DNA of 63,989 bases, counting the filler, from Catajapyx aquilonaris (Eukaryota): assembly GCA_000934665.2 (NCBI GenBank). It is 3 parts of 3 records of this genome, joined end to end, with 100 filler letters (N's around TTAATTAATTAA, not from the genome) between each part and the next. Parts side by side here need not be neighbours in the genome. Positions count along the whole stretch, not along the records: positions 21,738 to 43,322 come from KZ539458.1; 2 more parts are not named here. The stretch is one strand, 5' to 3'. Below, piece after piece: positions 22,802 through 35,600 of the stretch (the first letter of the stretch is position 1; each line of letters begins with the position of its first letter). The position numbers were made by a program, and so were the translations under genes. The notes beneath the pieces are model-generated. The model had not been told where the DNA came from, did no database searches, and saw nothing but the letters and a program-made list of their open reading frames with translations.

Positions 22802-25800
22802 CTGAAAATATAATGAGATCAGTTGTGAACAAGAAATTTTACTTCACGCACTTACAGAGAAGTGGGTCCATCTTTTCCTTGAAGCTCTTTTTTCGTTGCA
22901 AACTGGGGACATCTGAAATGCCCCCCGTTTCTTCATCGGTCGTCAACAGAGCCAATTGGGAGTCAGTGTCACCGAGGGCACTTTCCATGCTTGAATCACC
23001 TGGCCCAACTTTGCTGCACCTGTTTGTTTCACTTGGGATAATTCCACTACTTCTCACACAACTTGAATCACTAGCTTCATTCATTTGCTGCAGCAGCTGT
23101 TCCCACCTAGAGCTGTCCCAAGGCTCTGAGAAAATAGTCCGTGTGTCATCATCACTGGTTGCAGGTTCCAAGGTATCAGGTGTTTCAGCTGATGCTTTAT
23201 CTTCTAGATTGTCATAAGCTGACCTTCGCAAGGCACTAGTTTCAGTGCGACGCATCTGATTGTTTCGTAATTTGAGATCAGGAAGGCGCTCAGCAATAAG
23301 ATCTTCCACAGTTACTTTCTCCACACCTCCTTCACTGTCAGTCAAGTTCTGGTGCTCCAGAAGTGGGAACTTTGGCTCCTTGGGACTTGGGCTTGTGTTG
23401 CCATTAATCTCATTCTCGTTTCCAATGAATTCCCAGCTGGAGTCAACTGTCCAGGAAGTGTCAGTAGGTTTTCCCTTCCGATCCTGGCAAATAACCTTTG
23501 GAGGCCTTACTGGTTTTACCCGAGCAATTGCTTTTGGAGACAATCGATTGGCAGCAGTGGCAGACTTTCCATCACTTTGGCGGCTCCTAAGAGCTGCCAG
23601 GTTATCAACACTGGAAGACAGATTGTGGAGCTCTTCAGTGGAATCAATCCTTTCCAAGCCAGTTATCCCTCGCAGCAAGGCAGATGGCCATCGTATGTTG
23701 GGGTCCGAGTGTCTGTGACTAGCAAACCGTTGAAAAGGGCTGTCTTGTCCATCTGCACCAAATTTCCTGTCCCTTCGCCTTGGGACGCAGTCCAGGGCCG
23801 GTTGGGAGCGAATCGCATCAGCTGGTTCCGCATAAAATGGGCTGTAGCTCTTGCAGAGTGTGTTGGCACTACTACTGTCGTCTGTGGGAGTGATGGTCAT
23901 CTTTTCTGGTGTACTGACCTTGTTTGTGTCCACAATTAGGTTTAGTTTGTTTCTGGACACTTGATTATTGTCATTGATGTTGGGACTCCCTGAGAGCGTA
24001 ATCATGCTGGAACCCACCTTCTCCAGGAGATCTGGTTTGTTGCTCATGGACATCAGATCAGTCATTCGTTCACTAGACTTCATTTCTTCTTTCTGTTCAG
24101 GGGTATCCTTCGGTTTAAATGTTGACAACTCTGGCTTTTCGTTTCGCTCAGGTGTGACCCTTGGTGATGAGCTCCAGATGTCTTCATAATCGCTCATTTT
24201 CTCAGCAACCGAGCTACGGTAGTATGTTGGGGATGAATCCAATATATCTGACTCCCTATAATGATGTGATTCCTTTTTGGCCTTCTTTTCTCTCCGTCCA
24301 GCCTTCAGTTGTGACCTTGGATGACGTGGAAGTGATGTCGCATCACTGACTGGACTCAGCAGTGATTTCTCCTGCGGGGTCTGTGGGGTGACTGGTGACA
24401 ACAGAGGATGCTCTGGTCTCTTTGGTGTGATCTGAACACAAGCCACTTCCACACATGGTGAACTGGGTGTTCCACTCTGCAGTGCTACATTGGCTTGATT
24501 AATGCTGAAGGTGAGTGTGGTGGTGACAGTAAAGTTCTGTGATGACACTGTAGTGAGTGATGGTTTGGACCATCGTGGAGGAGGTGGAGGAGGTGTGATG
24601 GACTTTGCTCTCGATCCAACTGAGGTGGTGCTGACCAAGTTAAGCGTGTTGGGTGGGGTTGGCCTGGTGCCACGGGCCTGAACAAGGTCAGCCACAGGAG
24701 CAGTAGGAGTGCCTGGAGAGGAAATGGTGCTGGGGGGGCTTGCCCATGAAGGAATTGCTACAGGTCTGGAAGGTGTTCCTGTTCGCTTGTCCTCCAATGG
24801 AGTCTCAACAGTGGGACTCTGTCGAACTGGTGCATTGACATTTTTAAATGTTGTTAGGCTGGTCTCTCTTAGGGGGGTCAAGTTCAAGACAATTGGCTTA
24901 TTCCCACTATCAGGTGTCAAAGCATTTCCAAACTCTAAGACAGGAGTTCGCGGGGGAATGGTAGGAGGCAGTTTCCCAACATTCCGCTGGGGTATGTCAG
25001 GTGGGCTAGAGCCATCTGATCGGTCCAATTTCAGAGAGCCAAAACTCTGTATCAGTGGCTTGTCAACACCACTCAAGCTGCTTGAACTGGACTGGCTGCT
25101 ATGCGATGCCTGGGAGTGGGTCTCAGTCTGAGGCGTTTCTAATGCAGTTAAGGAGGTGGGTGTGGTTTGGTGGTTGGATGTTGCTGCAGTGACACTCTCT
25201 GAGGCCTGAGGGCTTGGGACTGGCTTGGGATTAGCCATGGGATAGCCCCAAAACTCTGAAATCATGAAATTAAAAATATAAGCACATGTACAAAGTATAA
25301 TCCCTCATATCCTACCTTGGCCAAGGAGAGCGTACGACGACAGCTGATGCCTTGTGCGACCATCACGAATTGCCCTTGGCAAAGTTAGCTGAACTGGAAG
25401 CTCATCACTGCAGCAAAGAGAGAAGCATTCAAATACATTTGCTTTATATCCACTGAAAAAAGTTACTATTTAAAAGACTGGACTTGAATAAAGAATCACA
25501 GCCCAAAAATTGAAATGATTAGTAAGGACATCTATATTATAAAGAAACATTCCTTGGCAGATAAAGCAACCTGCACCTGCTGTCAAGTCTCTCCTTCACA
25601 CTTTTATAATATCTACCAATGTCAAACCATATGCAGGGTGTTTCTTACTAGCATATTCCTTGGACCAAAAAAAGTATAAAATGTACGGTGAGAAATGTCC
25701 AGCAATCAATGGTTAGTGATGCAGACAATGATAATCATTTGCGTGCCCCTGAGACAAACCCAAACGGCTCTTTTGTTGGGAAGGGGGAAAACAGAGACTC

Positions 25801-26619
25801 CTGCTCGTGCAGTGGTTTGCTGAAGTGGCAGGATACAATGCGGATATTGATGGCTAGACCTTGCCAGAACCCATTAGTTATCTCACACAGACTGCACCGA
25901 ATGCACCTGTGGTCAAAGCCGAATGGGCACCAAGTCATTGCTCCCTCTGATGTATTTTGTATTGTGCTTTGTCAAATGCCCATTATTGATAACTTAAAGT
26001 CAAATGTCACACTTGTAAATCTACACCCTCCTTGCAGTAACACCACCACATGCTGTTCAGCGCACAGCCTGCATCATTTCAGTCCTGGTACGAGCTTTTG
26101 CAGTTCTTAGTGCAGCAATGCTTTGATGGGGCTAGCACATTAACGTATCGATTAGCTTTAAATTACTCTTAACTTGAGGTGAACAAAGTGGGATCTGGTC
26201 TTGTTTCAACTTGTCAGTGGCAACAATGCTGAAGTTACTCGTAGCTATCCTGCTGTTGCCAGAATGTTTTGTGAACAATCCTTTTCCTGATGCTCTGGGG
26301 GTAATAAGCAGTCAAGGGGAGGCGCGGTGGCTGAGACGTTACAGTCTCGGCTGGCTGTGCGAAAGGTCCCAGGTTCGAACCCAGCCCGGAAGTTCCCTTA
26401 AGCCTGCGTCAGGAGGGTCTCTTGGAGGCGTCTGGCAACCTAACCTCCAAGAAGACTGCACATGACCCTTTTTCAGACATTGCACTTGCCCAGAAATCCC
26501 CATCCGTATCTCCTTTCATCCTTGCACAGAAGTGTTGAATAAAAATACAGGAAATTGATGTAAATGGTGGTATTCCACCCCCATAAGAGGGCCTCTGGCC
26601 CTATCATGGGGCAACGTAA

Positions 26620-26658
<39 letters not shown>

Positions 26659-29600
26659 AAATAATAATAATAAAAAAAAAATAATAATAATAATAATAAT
26701 AATGTCAAACTGATTTGGCTTTCACCAAACTTCAATACCCCAGCTTCCATTAGTTTAACCACAGATGCATTAAGTGCATTCTGTATGGGATAAACCAACT
26801 GAATCTGGGAAGGTCACCTCTTTTCCCAGCCATCAATATCAGAATGTTATCTTGCCACTTAGGCAACCACTGCATGAGTGGAAGTCAATCTGTTTGCCAC
26901 CTTCCATGCAGAAAAGCTGTTGGGTGGGTGGCAGCATAAGTTTCAGAGGATCCTAAAACTTCGTAGTTGTTAACGATTGCTCCCTCAACATTTCTCATCT
27001 CTATATTTTGCACTTGATCAAAGAATAAGCTGCCAACCAGACAACATATTACTAAAAAAACACCTTGTATGTTAAGACAGACATACAGAACCCATTTCTA
27101 TTAAAATGTCAGCACAGCTGTTTTTGGTATGTCAAGCCTCATCCCAGTTCAGCCTTTGTTTTATTATGTCATATCCCATAACCAATGTGAAACCATGCAT
27201 GAACAGCCTACCCTACCTACACTTGTGCACAAACCTGTTTTCATTGTTGACGCCTGGTACATACCAGCACTGACAGTAGTGAGCAATGAGGGAAGGAATG
27301 TTGTCGAAACGATTCTCTGAGCTTTCCAGGCATATCTTCCCTTCCACTTTCTGGATGAGATAGTGCTGTATGTAGGGTCCTTTGTCAGGGGGCAACCTCA
27401 CAGATATGGCCATGGTATTTGGCTGGCTGGATTGACGGACAATAAAATTCTGCAAAAAAACCAAGCATTAAAATCTAGAACTACTTTGCATGCAAGGTGT
27501 CTCTGGGTGCCATGCCAGAACCACTTACACCCTCCTCTTTGCCCTGAAGAAGGTGCACAGCTCCAGCCCGCTGTATACCAGGAAGGTACCAGATCGGATG
27601 GGTACGGATGAGACGTTCCAGTACATTAATGTCACATGGAGGGCCATACCCACTGCTGCTATCTCCTTCTGATGATGATGAGCTGGAGCCAGCTGTTCCC
27701 TGGAGGAGATAAGAGGCAGGTGCCTTACTGTAGGCACATATTTGTAAAGATTGTCTCAAATGCTTGTGGAGACAAGACATTTGGGCAACCTTCCATCCAT
27801 AATGTTTGGTTAAAAAGCAGTGCAAAGGCTTATATCAAGTGGACCAACATTTATGTTAATCCTCGGTGAATTACCACATTTGTACCCAACCCGGCCCGGC
27901 CCGACCCGACCTGTCCCGATGGTTGAATCTCCCCCATCTCCCTGCCTCCAGATCCTCCAGCTGAGCCTGATCCTTACCCTACTCCCAAAATCAGTTACCC
28001 AATCACATTCCAGCAAACATGCATTTATATACTCATCCATTGGGCAGGAGGGAGGGAGGGAGGTTTCTTATTAGGAAACACCTGGCAGGGTGTATAGTGT
28101 CACACGCTTAAGTGTTTGAACACAACTGCTTCCTCTTCCTCCATTTATGAGTCAGCTGGTAAACTCACCATCAAATCCAGTGGGCTATTGCAACATAATT
28201 ATATTTAAAAGGGGGAGTCACGGTGACCGAGATGGTAACGTCTTGGCTTGCTATACGAAAGGTCCCGGGTTCAAATCCCCACCCGGGAACAAACCTTTCG
28301 CTTGCGTCAATGGGTCGTGACCCGCGCCTACGGAGGCGTCTTGGCAACCTGACCTCCTGGGGGACTGCACCTGGCCCACCACTGGACAATGCATCTGCAC
28401 TTGTGTCCCCTCCCCAAACCCCGCAACCCTTACCCCATTTCCTGAACTAGTCCTTGCACCAGTGTCCGAAGAAAAATAAATAGAAAACTGTATGGGTCTG
28501 CCACCCCCCCGAAAGGCCCATAGAGGGCCATCAAGGGGTACGAAAAATAAAATAAAATAAAATAAAAATAAATTATATTTAAAGGGTCATTTTGCATGTT
28601 GAGCTCCAAAGATCAAGAAAGACTTCCTGATTCCAAATACGTGGTCAGTTTTTAAATCTGTGACTAATAAGCAAATTCTGTCAGATTAAAGTCGTATTCC
28701 ACAATATCACACAGGTCGGATGCCACACAGTATTGTTTTGCAGGCCATCTACTGAGCTCCTGAAGGGATTAGCTTAGCCTGCCATTTTTGAATAACACAT
28801 TGCATCACACTGCAAGTTCCTGTGACTCCTGACCCTGCTCACAGGCAGCCAAGACGTCAGCAAGGTTGTATCCTTCCAGATTATACTCTGCGGCACTAAC
28901 GTCTCGGTAGGGCTTGAATTGGTACGAAAGTGTCCCTTTGGAATCATTCACCATCCCTGCCTCATCTTGGCCTGCCTTGGTACCCGGGGCAGGCCCCACT
29001 CTGGTCCAAAACCCGACCACATTGCTTGAACGCCATTTGTCTCCAGGTGTGGCCACCTTTGGCAATTCTGACAAGCTTCGTCCAGAGGATTTGGCTATGA
29101 CTTCATAAAACTCAACTTCAGACTTAACATTGTACGCTTATGGTACGTTGGCTACCAAAGCTGACCACATCTGTGGACTCAGGGAGTCTTACATGATCTT
29201 TGGAGCTCAACATGCAAAATGACTGTTAAACCCTTCCTTTAACTACTCTTTGATGGACGTCCCTTAAAATAATCTCATCCTGTTTGAGAGTGTCAATAGT
29301 ATGCAGATCTAAAGTTTAGAAAACTGATGTAGTACCCCATTCAAATTCTAGTGGACTAATCTAACTGTAGGGAAGCCCGAGATGAGGTCTGCTATTTTAA
29401 GGTGGTTCTAGTGGATTTTGCCAGCCACAACTCCTCATGGGAACAGGTAACAATTTTCCCAACATCAGTTAATGTGGTTGGTTGGCTCCTTGGGGAGCCA
29501 AAGCAATTCAGGCTAACTAGCGTAGGAGAGGGTGAGAGGTTTGGACTGTGGGAGGACACGGGAGATCCCAGAGTCAATCCACACGAAGATGGAGAGAACC

Positions 29601-32600
29601 TCTCTAAAGTCCTTCCACGTAAGTGCCCTCTGTCCGACTCAGGGATCGAGAGCAGGACCTCCGAGGTGGAAGGCAGTGACTTTAGCCACTACACCACTGT
29701 GCTGTCCCTCAGTGAATGTGATTGGGGCACAATGATGTAGAATGGTCCTTTGCAGCTGTTCAATCGAGATCAATAAGGCAGAGAAAGTAACTTCAAAAAT
29801 GCATACGGTACAACAGTAGCGATCTGCTAAGAATTGTTCTCTTCTAGTGAATAGTGACATATTTCTTAACTTATGTCGCAAAATAAAGACACGTTATCTA
29901 TACCTTCCGATAAAGCGTATCATACCTAGATATGAACTGAGACCTGCATGCCCCTGCTAGGAATCGAACCCAGGTCCACACCCATTCAGAGTGTGTGTTT
30001 TGCCACTAAACTACAGGGGCTCGTGGTCCAGTCACTTGTAACAGTCTAGCATAATTTACAAGCATGAACTGTTTACCAACCCTATCAAATACATTCAGAG
30101 AAATTATTTAAAGAAATCAGCCTGTCTGCATTCAGATATCGGCTTCCAGGTATATCCCCATATTATATTTACTTTGTAATTTACTGCTTAAGCAACCAGT
30201 TGGACCCTTCCACTTTCACTGACCTGGAATCACTCCATTCCTGAGGACTTTCAGGCTAATGTTTCCCATCAGGAAATATCAAGTGTAACATTAAACCTAA
30301 ATAATGAGCTATTATCTACCACTGGTACAGAGAAGAGCGCAAGCTGTCCCCACACTGGGAAGTAATGGTCAAGTCTTAACAGACAACTATGCTCACCATT
30401 GCACCACCACCGCTCTTTAAAAGATAAGCTGATTATTACTGGAGTCTTATTCCTACGTGCTGACAAGAGAACACTGCCTATTAATTTGGAAAACCAAGTA
30501 AGATATCAGTAGTTTTACAAACTTCTCAAGAAGTTATCTTGTACTACAAATGACTCCCCTACATAATTCTCCGTTGCCCAAACATAATCTTCCACTTATT
30601 ATTATTTCATTCATCAAATAATAAATATAAGGAGAAGAATATTATGCAAAGTATACCTGGGCAAAACCATTAAAGATCACTAATTGTTAAATTAATTGTG
30701 CAATTTGCAAATGAACATAAATGCCCTCAGTCATTATGTGTCCATTTTCGGTAAATGATAACTTGTTACCAATAGATTTTCTTCTTGGCCTCATTCTGAC
30801 ACAGCTTACATCACTTAAACAGCTGCACTATTAGGTAACAGCTGCACTGTTAGCCACTTCCTGGCTAAACATGACCTTTCTCATTAGCAGAAATGAGGTC
30901 TTAGGCATGTGCACTGAACTTCAATGTCAGTGTCTTCATTGAGCCTATTCAGCACTCTAGCTCTTGAAGACCTGCAGCGCACATCAATAGAATAGATTTC
31001 AACTAATCGGGTACATTTACTTGTTTGATATCATTCTGCAGTCCAACCAGATGTTTCAGATATGAAAATTAGATGATGTTATGATTGGTATTCACACAAT
31101 TACCCATTCTAACGGCACCAATGCAGATGCTTGGATCTCATTCTTAATTTGAAACATTGTCTCACTGGGAGGCAGTGTGAACAATGGTCATGTTCTTATG
31201 TTTGGAGTTTGGTAATCATAAAATGATGGGAATCAGTCACTTTGACATGTGCAAGCTGGCACAGTGGCGTCCTTGGGCAGCCCAGCAGTGTGCCTGGAGC
31301 CCTTTGACTGGCCCCAACCGAGTGGTGGCCAATCTGGAAGATGGGCTCCAGTGCTTAGTACCTGGGTTAGGCTCCCTTCACCGCCCTCCATGTCAATGAG
31401 GCTAAGCTGGGCGGCGAGCAGGGCATGCTGCTGGGGCTCTGGCCTACCGTCGGTTGAATGCGACGAGGTGAGCGAGGCTTGTTGGTTCGCCTCCGCAATG
31501 CTCCTCGCTCCTCCTCCCGTCTCCTCCATATTTGCTGCCAGTCCTTGCATGTAGGGCTCCAGGAAGACGTCTCCTCTGCAAGGAAGAAAAGGGCAGCTCA
31601 TTCATGTGCCAACAAGGCAGGACCAAGAGATGCCGACATGCTTTTAAAGTGCGAGAGGACTTTATTTCCCACACCAATCTTGTCACGGCTGTTCCATCAG
31701 CTAATGGGCAGTTGCTGACAATCGAGCCAATACCACGTCACGCAGAATTACATTCCTGGGATGGCACTCGGATGCATTTCCTTCCTTCAGCTGTTTTAGC
31801 AAGATAGGCAATGAATCCGCGTCCATGGGGGGGGGGNNNNNNNNNNNNNTGGTGGCAGGCAAAAGTGGGGGGACCTGGCAATGCTCCCTCCATCCCCAGG
31901 AGAAAAAAATTTATATATACGCCACCTCTCAAACTCCTCCTGAGCCATCAGTGTGATTGCTCTACTCCCCTCTTCCCTCCCATCTACAGGGATAGCCACC
32001 ACCCATGTTCACCTTTATACACGTTTATAGATACACACACTCTTTTTTTAGGTGGACTAGGGGGGACGACCTGAATGTGATGTTTCTTGCTAATGGGGGC
32101 AGCTGACCCATCCTTGTAAACTGTATCCACCCCCCTATCCCCTTCTCAACCTCCCAAGTCTGATGGGATGCACCCTCGCCATTTCCCCCTTCCTCCACTG
32201 GGAGCATTTCCGTGTGAGAAATAGGAAGCTCGAGAATTCCTAGAAAGAGGAAGGTGAAGAGAGAGAGAGAAAAAAACGGGGGGAAAAAGAAATTCCTTCT
32301 ACTTCCGCTGCCATTTTTGCGATAGTCTGGAGACGTAGAGACATTCTTCCAATTCAACTTGGGGCCTATATGTTCACACGTACCGGCCTCAATCATTATT
32401 GCTTGAGTAGTATAGTCTGGCATCCCATTGCGCGACGTTACTACATCCTCGATACTCTTGACGGATAGGTGCCACACTACACCTTGGATAATGGCGACAA
32501 GTTCCGCCGTCAACGAGCAGAGCAAGTGACATTGTCGGAATGGATGTCACTCGAGAACTTCCTCCGCATTACGTCGTCTGCCTATCGGGCCGTGTATCAA

Positions 32601-35600
32601 CGAGCACTTATAGGGCTCGTCGAGCTCGTTATGGCTTGTATGGGAACCTCTCTCAACAGCCAATGCAAGAAATGCCAATTACTTTTTATGGACTCCTCCG
32701 CCCCCCCCCCCCCCCCCNATGCCCGCCAAGATTACAACTCATAACGACAAGAATGCAACTATTATTAGGTTACGAAGGCTCTTGACGGTCAACCGATGTG
32801 GTTCGAAGCGGTTATCGTCTTCGCCCCCCACAAGTTGGCCCGATATCCAACTGGCATCAACGCCACGTGGGAAAAACACTCGCATTAAATTGTGCGCTAA
32901 TCAAATTAATTTCCCTAATCCCATTGGCGAATAATGACGGCCGTAACCACCCACTCATTACTATCAGCACTACATGCTGACCCCCCGATGTCCAGCGCCG
33001 ATTTAAATCATTTTGCACTTCAACCGAGATGATCCCTCTGCAAATCGCAATTGCGTTGCACACACCCGACCTGCATATTACTTGCATGTGGGTTGACAAT
33101 CAGCAGGGAAAAATTTTTCCCACCTTATCCTCTCCTTCTATGGACTGCCCACTTTGGGGTCACACCCACGCTCTTCTCTCTCTCCAACTCGAGCAAAAAT
33201 AAGGACCAGATTAGCGGATTAATTCCTTTCCATGTTGTCACCCCGGGCACGTAGCCCGGTCACGTCAGGTCATTGGTACCGAATATTATTCAGCGCACCC
33301 TTGGGAAGCGCACGTTGTTTTCACGCCCGAAATACGGGGAAGGCCGTCCTGTACGTCACGCCCCTGAACAACTAAGTAACCTACGCTCACCTGCCATCGG
33401 AGGACCAGGTGGGTACCGCCACATCTGGTTCAGTTCCGCGCACGCGTTTTCTGCCCCGTTCCCATATAGGAGAAAAATTGATAAATCGAGTGTACCCCCC
33501 CCCCCCCAACAACAAANAACAAAAAAAAGTCGACGGAGTCACTGGACTCTGGCGCTGACACGATGACACGGTTCTGATCAACGCCATGTTTTCAGGCTGA
33601 CCTGGCGACAACTATTGTCTACTCGATGGCAGATGGGGTTTATCGCCCGTACAAACAAAAGCTACCGCAGTTTACATTTTGCATCTTGACTCTGACCCCT
33701 CCTCCCACCAGGAAAAGTAATAGCGGTAAGCATAACAAGACGAGTAGTGTGGACCTATTGGACTCGATAAGATTAAAGTGCGAGGTCGGAACATTTTTTC
33801 TCCCCACTGTTTGCATCAGTCATTTTCTCCCTGACACTATTGACTAAGAAATGTGGCAGTGTACAGATGCAGCCTGTCCACATTCCGTAGAGGATTGGGG
33901 GCGTCATGGGGGCCAGATTTTTGCTAAATCCAGTACTCCCCCCCAAGGCTCGCATACCACATTCTCATAAGTGCGACGGACAACAATGGTCAGTGTCCAT
34001 AGGCGTGGTAAACCTGTTTTACGCGTCTCATAAGAACTCGAGGTAAACACCACAAACCGTGTGCAAGCCACTAGAAGACACATATTTGGTCGAGACCCTA
34101 TATGCCAACAGCCCTACCATCCGAATCGTCCGGAAACAACTCCCCGAGGAGCTGTCGTCGACGGCGCCTCCTCCACAGTCGCTTCCGACGTGCACCATCC
34201 TCGTCCTTCTTCCCACCCTGCGTCGTCTCCAGTAGCAAGGGCACGTATCGAATAATCTGCATCGCCATGCTGCCAACCTGAAAACAACCACGCTCGTCTG
34301 ATACTCGCGCGACACTGCAACTTCGATGTCGCCCACGGAACTGCTTCCCTCCGGAGGGACGGCTGGTGGTGGTGGTAGGAGGAGGAGGAGGAGTGGAGAG
34401 ACCGCCTTGACCAATCAGGAGTGTCGAAGCAGATAACGAGCCCTTCCAGGTCCGTGAAACAAACGGGGGCAAGGTGGTCGGGTCAGTACGGGTGCCCGGA
34501 AGGCCAGCCGAGGTCTTTGCGGCCCACTGCTTTGGGCGAGTCTTCACTCTCCTTGAGATCCTCCCTCCTTCCCTTCCCTATCTTCACTGCATGCCCATGA
34601 ACAGATCAGTCCGAGAATCACCTTGGCAATCTTAGTCTCCCGTGGGGGCTCTGGCCAGGGTCAACAGCTTGACCCTCCTCCACTTCTCCGTGACCGAAAG
34701 ATGGCCAGGGGCTTCAAAATGCCAGCTGAATTTAATAGGACTTTTAATCTGGATATATGCGTGTACACCGGATCCGGCTGGGCCACTGATGATGACTATT
34801 ATCGTTAAGTTGCAACACGGTTGGAATGGGGTCGCATCATAACGCTGTGTGATGGCGACAATAGAGATAACAGCAGTTTGCTGATACTTAAAAATAGCAA
34901 TTAGCCGACTGACAACAGCTTCTGCAAAAATACGGCCGTAAAACAAAGACTAAACTTCTAAACAGAGGGGCGTGTATAAACACATAAGTTTTCCTAATGT
35001 CAACTGTGCGCTGTTGCTATCTTTTGTGCGCCAGTGCCTCGGCCAGTGCTGACTTGCCCAAAACAAAAGTTGTGTATACAGGTCTTCATGAGTCATTCAA
35101 AGGAAAAGCGAACATATATGACTGAGTTACATCCTCATTTTTTCTGTCCAAACACTCATGGAGGCGATAGTGCGCAAAACTTCGAGACATCGTCCTTGAA
35201 TCTCTCACATCCTAAATAAGGCTTAGACCTCTGCTCATCTCCTCAACAGGTTCGAACCCTGCATCGGTCATTCCTCAAGCAACATGACATTGTTGACCAT
35301 CATGTGTCCTCATTCCCACGCTGGACCATTCTGTTGGCTCTGTACTGTTTGCACATACATGTGGCGGAAGCGCCTTGCGTCAAGGTTGCGTAGACAGGTC
35401 AGTCTTGACACGCGGTTTCGTCAACCGGCCGTTTGCCAACCCAACTGATAAGGCCTAATCGCCAAGACTACTGTGGTAATAAGTGCATTCTTTATCTCAC
35501 AGTGCAGGTGGTGCAAATCAGCCTTTTTCCCTGGAACGGATTTCAGGTCGTGCGCAATCATTGTCACAGTATCGAGCCTGCAATACTTCGACGGAACAGC

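Noticed and set aside
22813..25131. Several + strand ORFs of 130-195 aa
   Set aside because: Antisense shadows of the large sprint exon.
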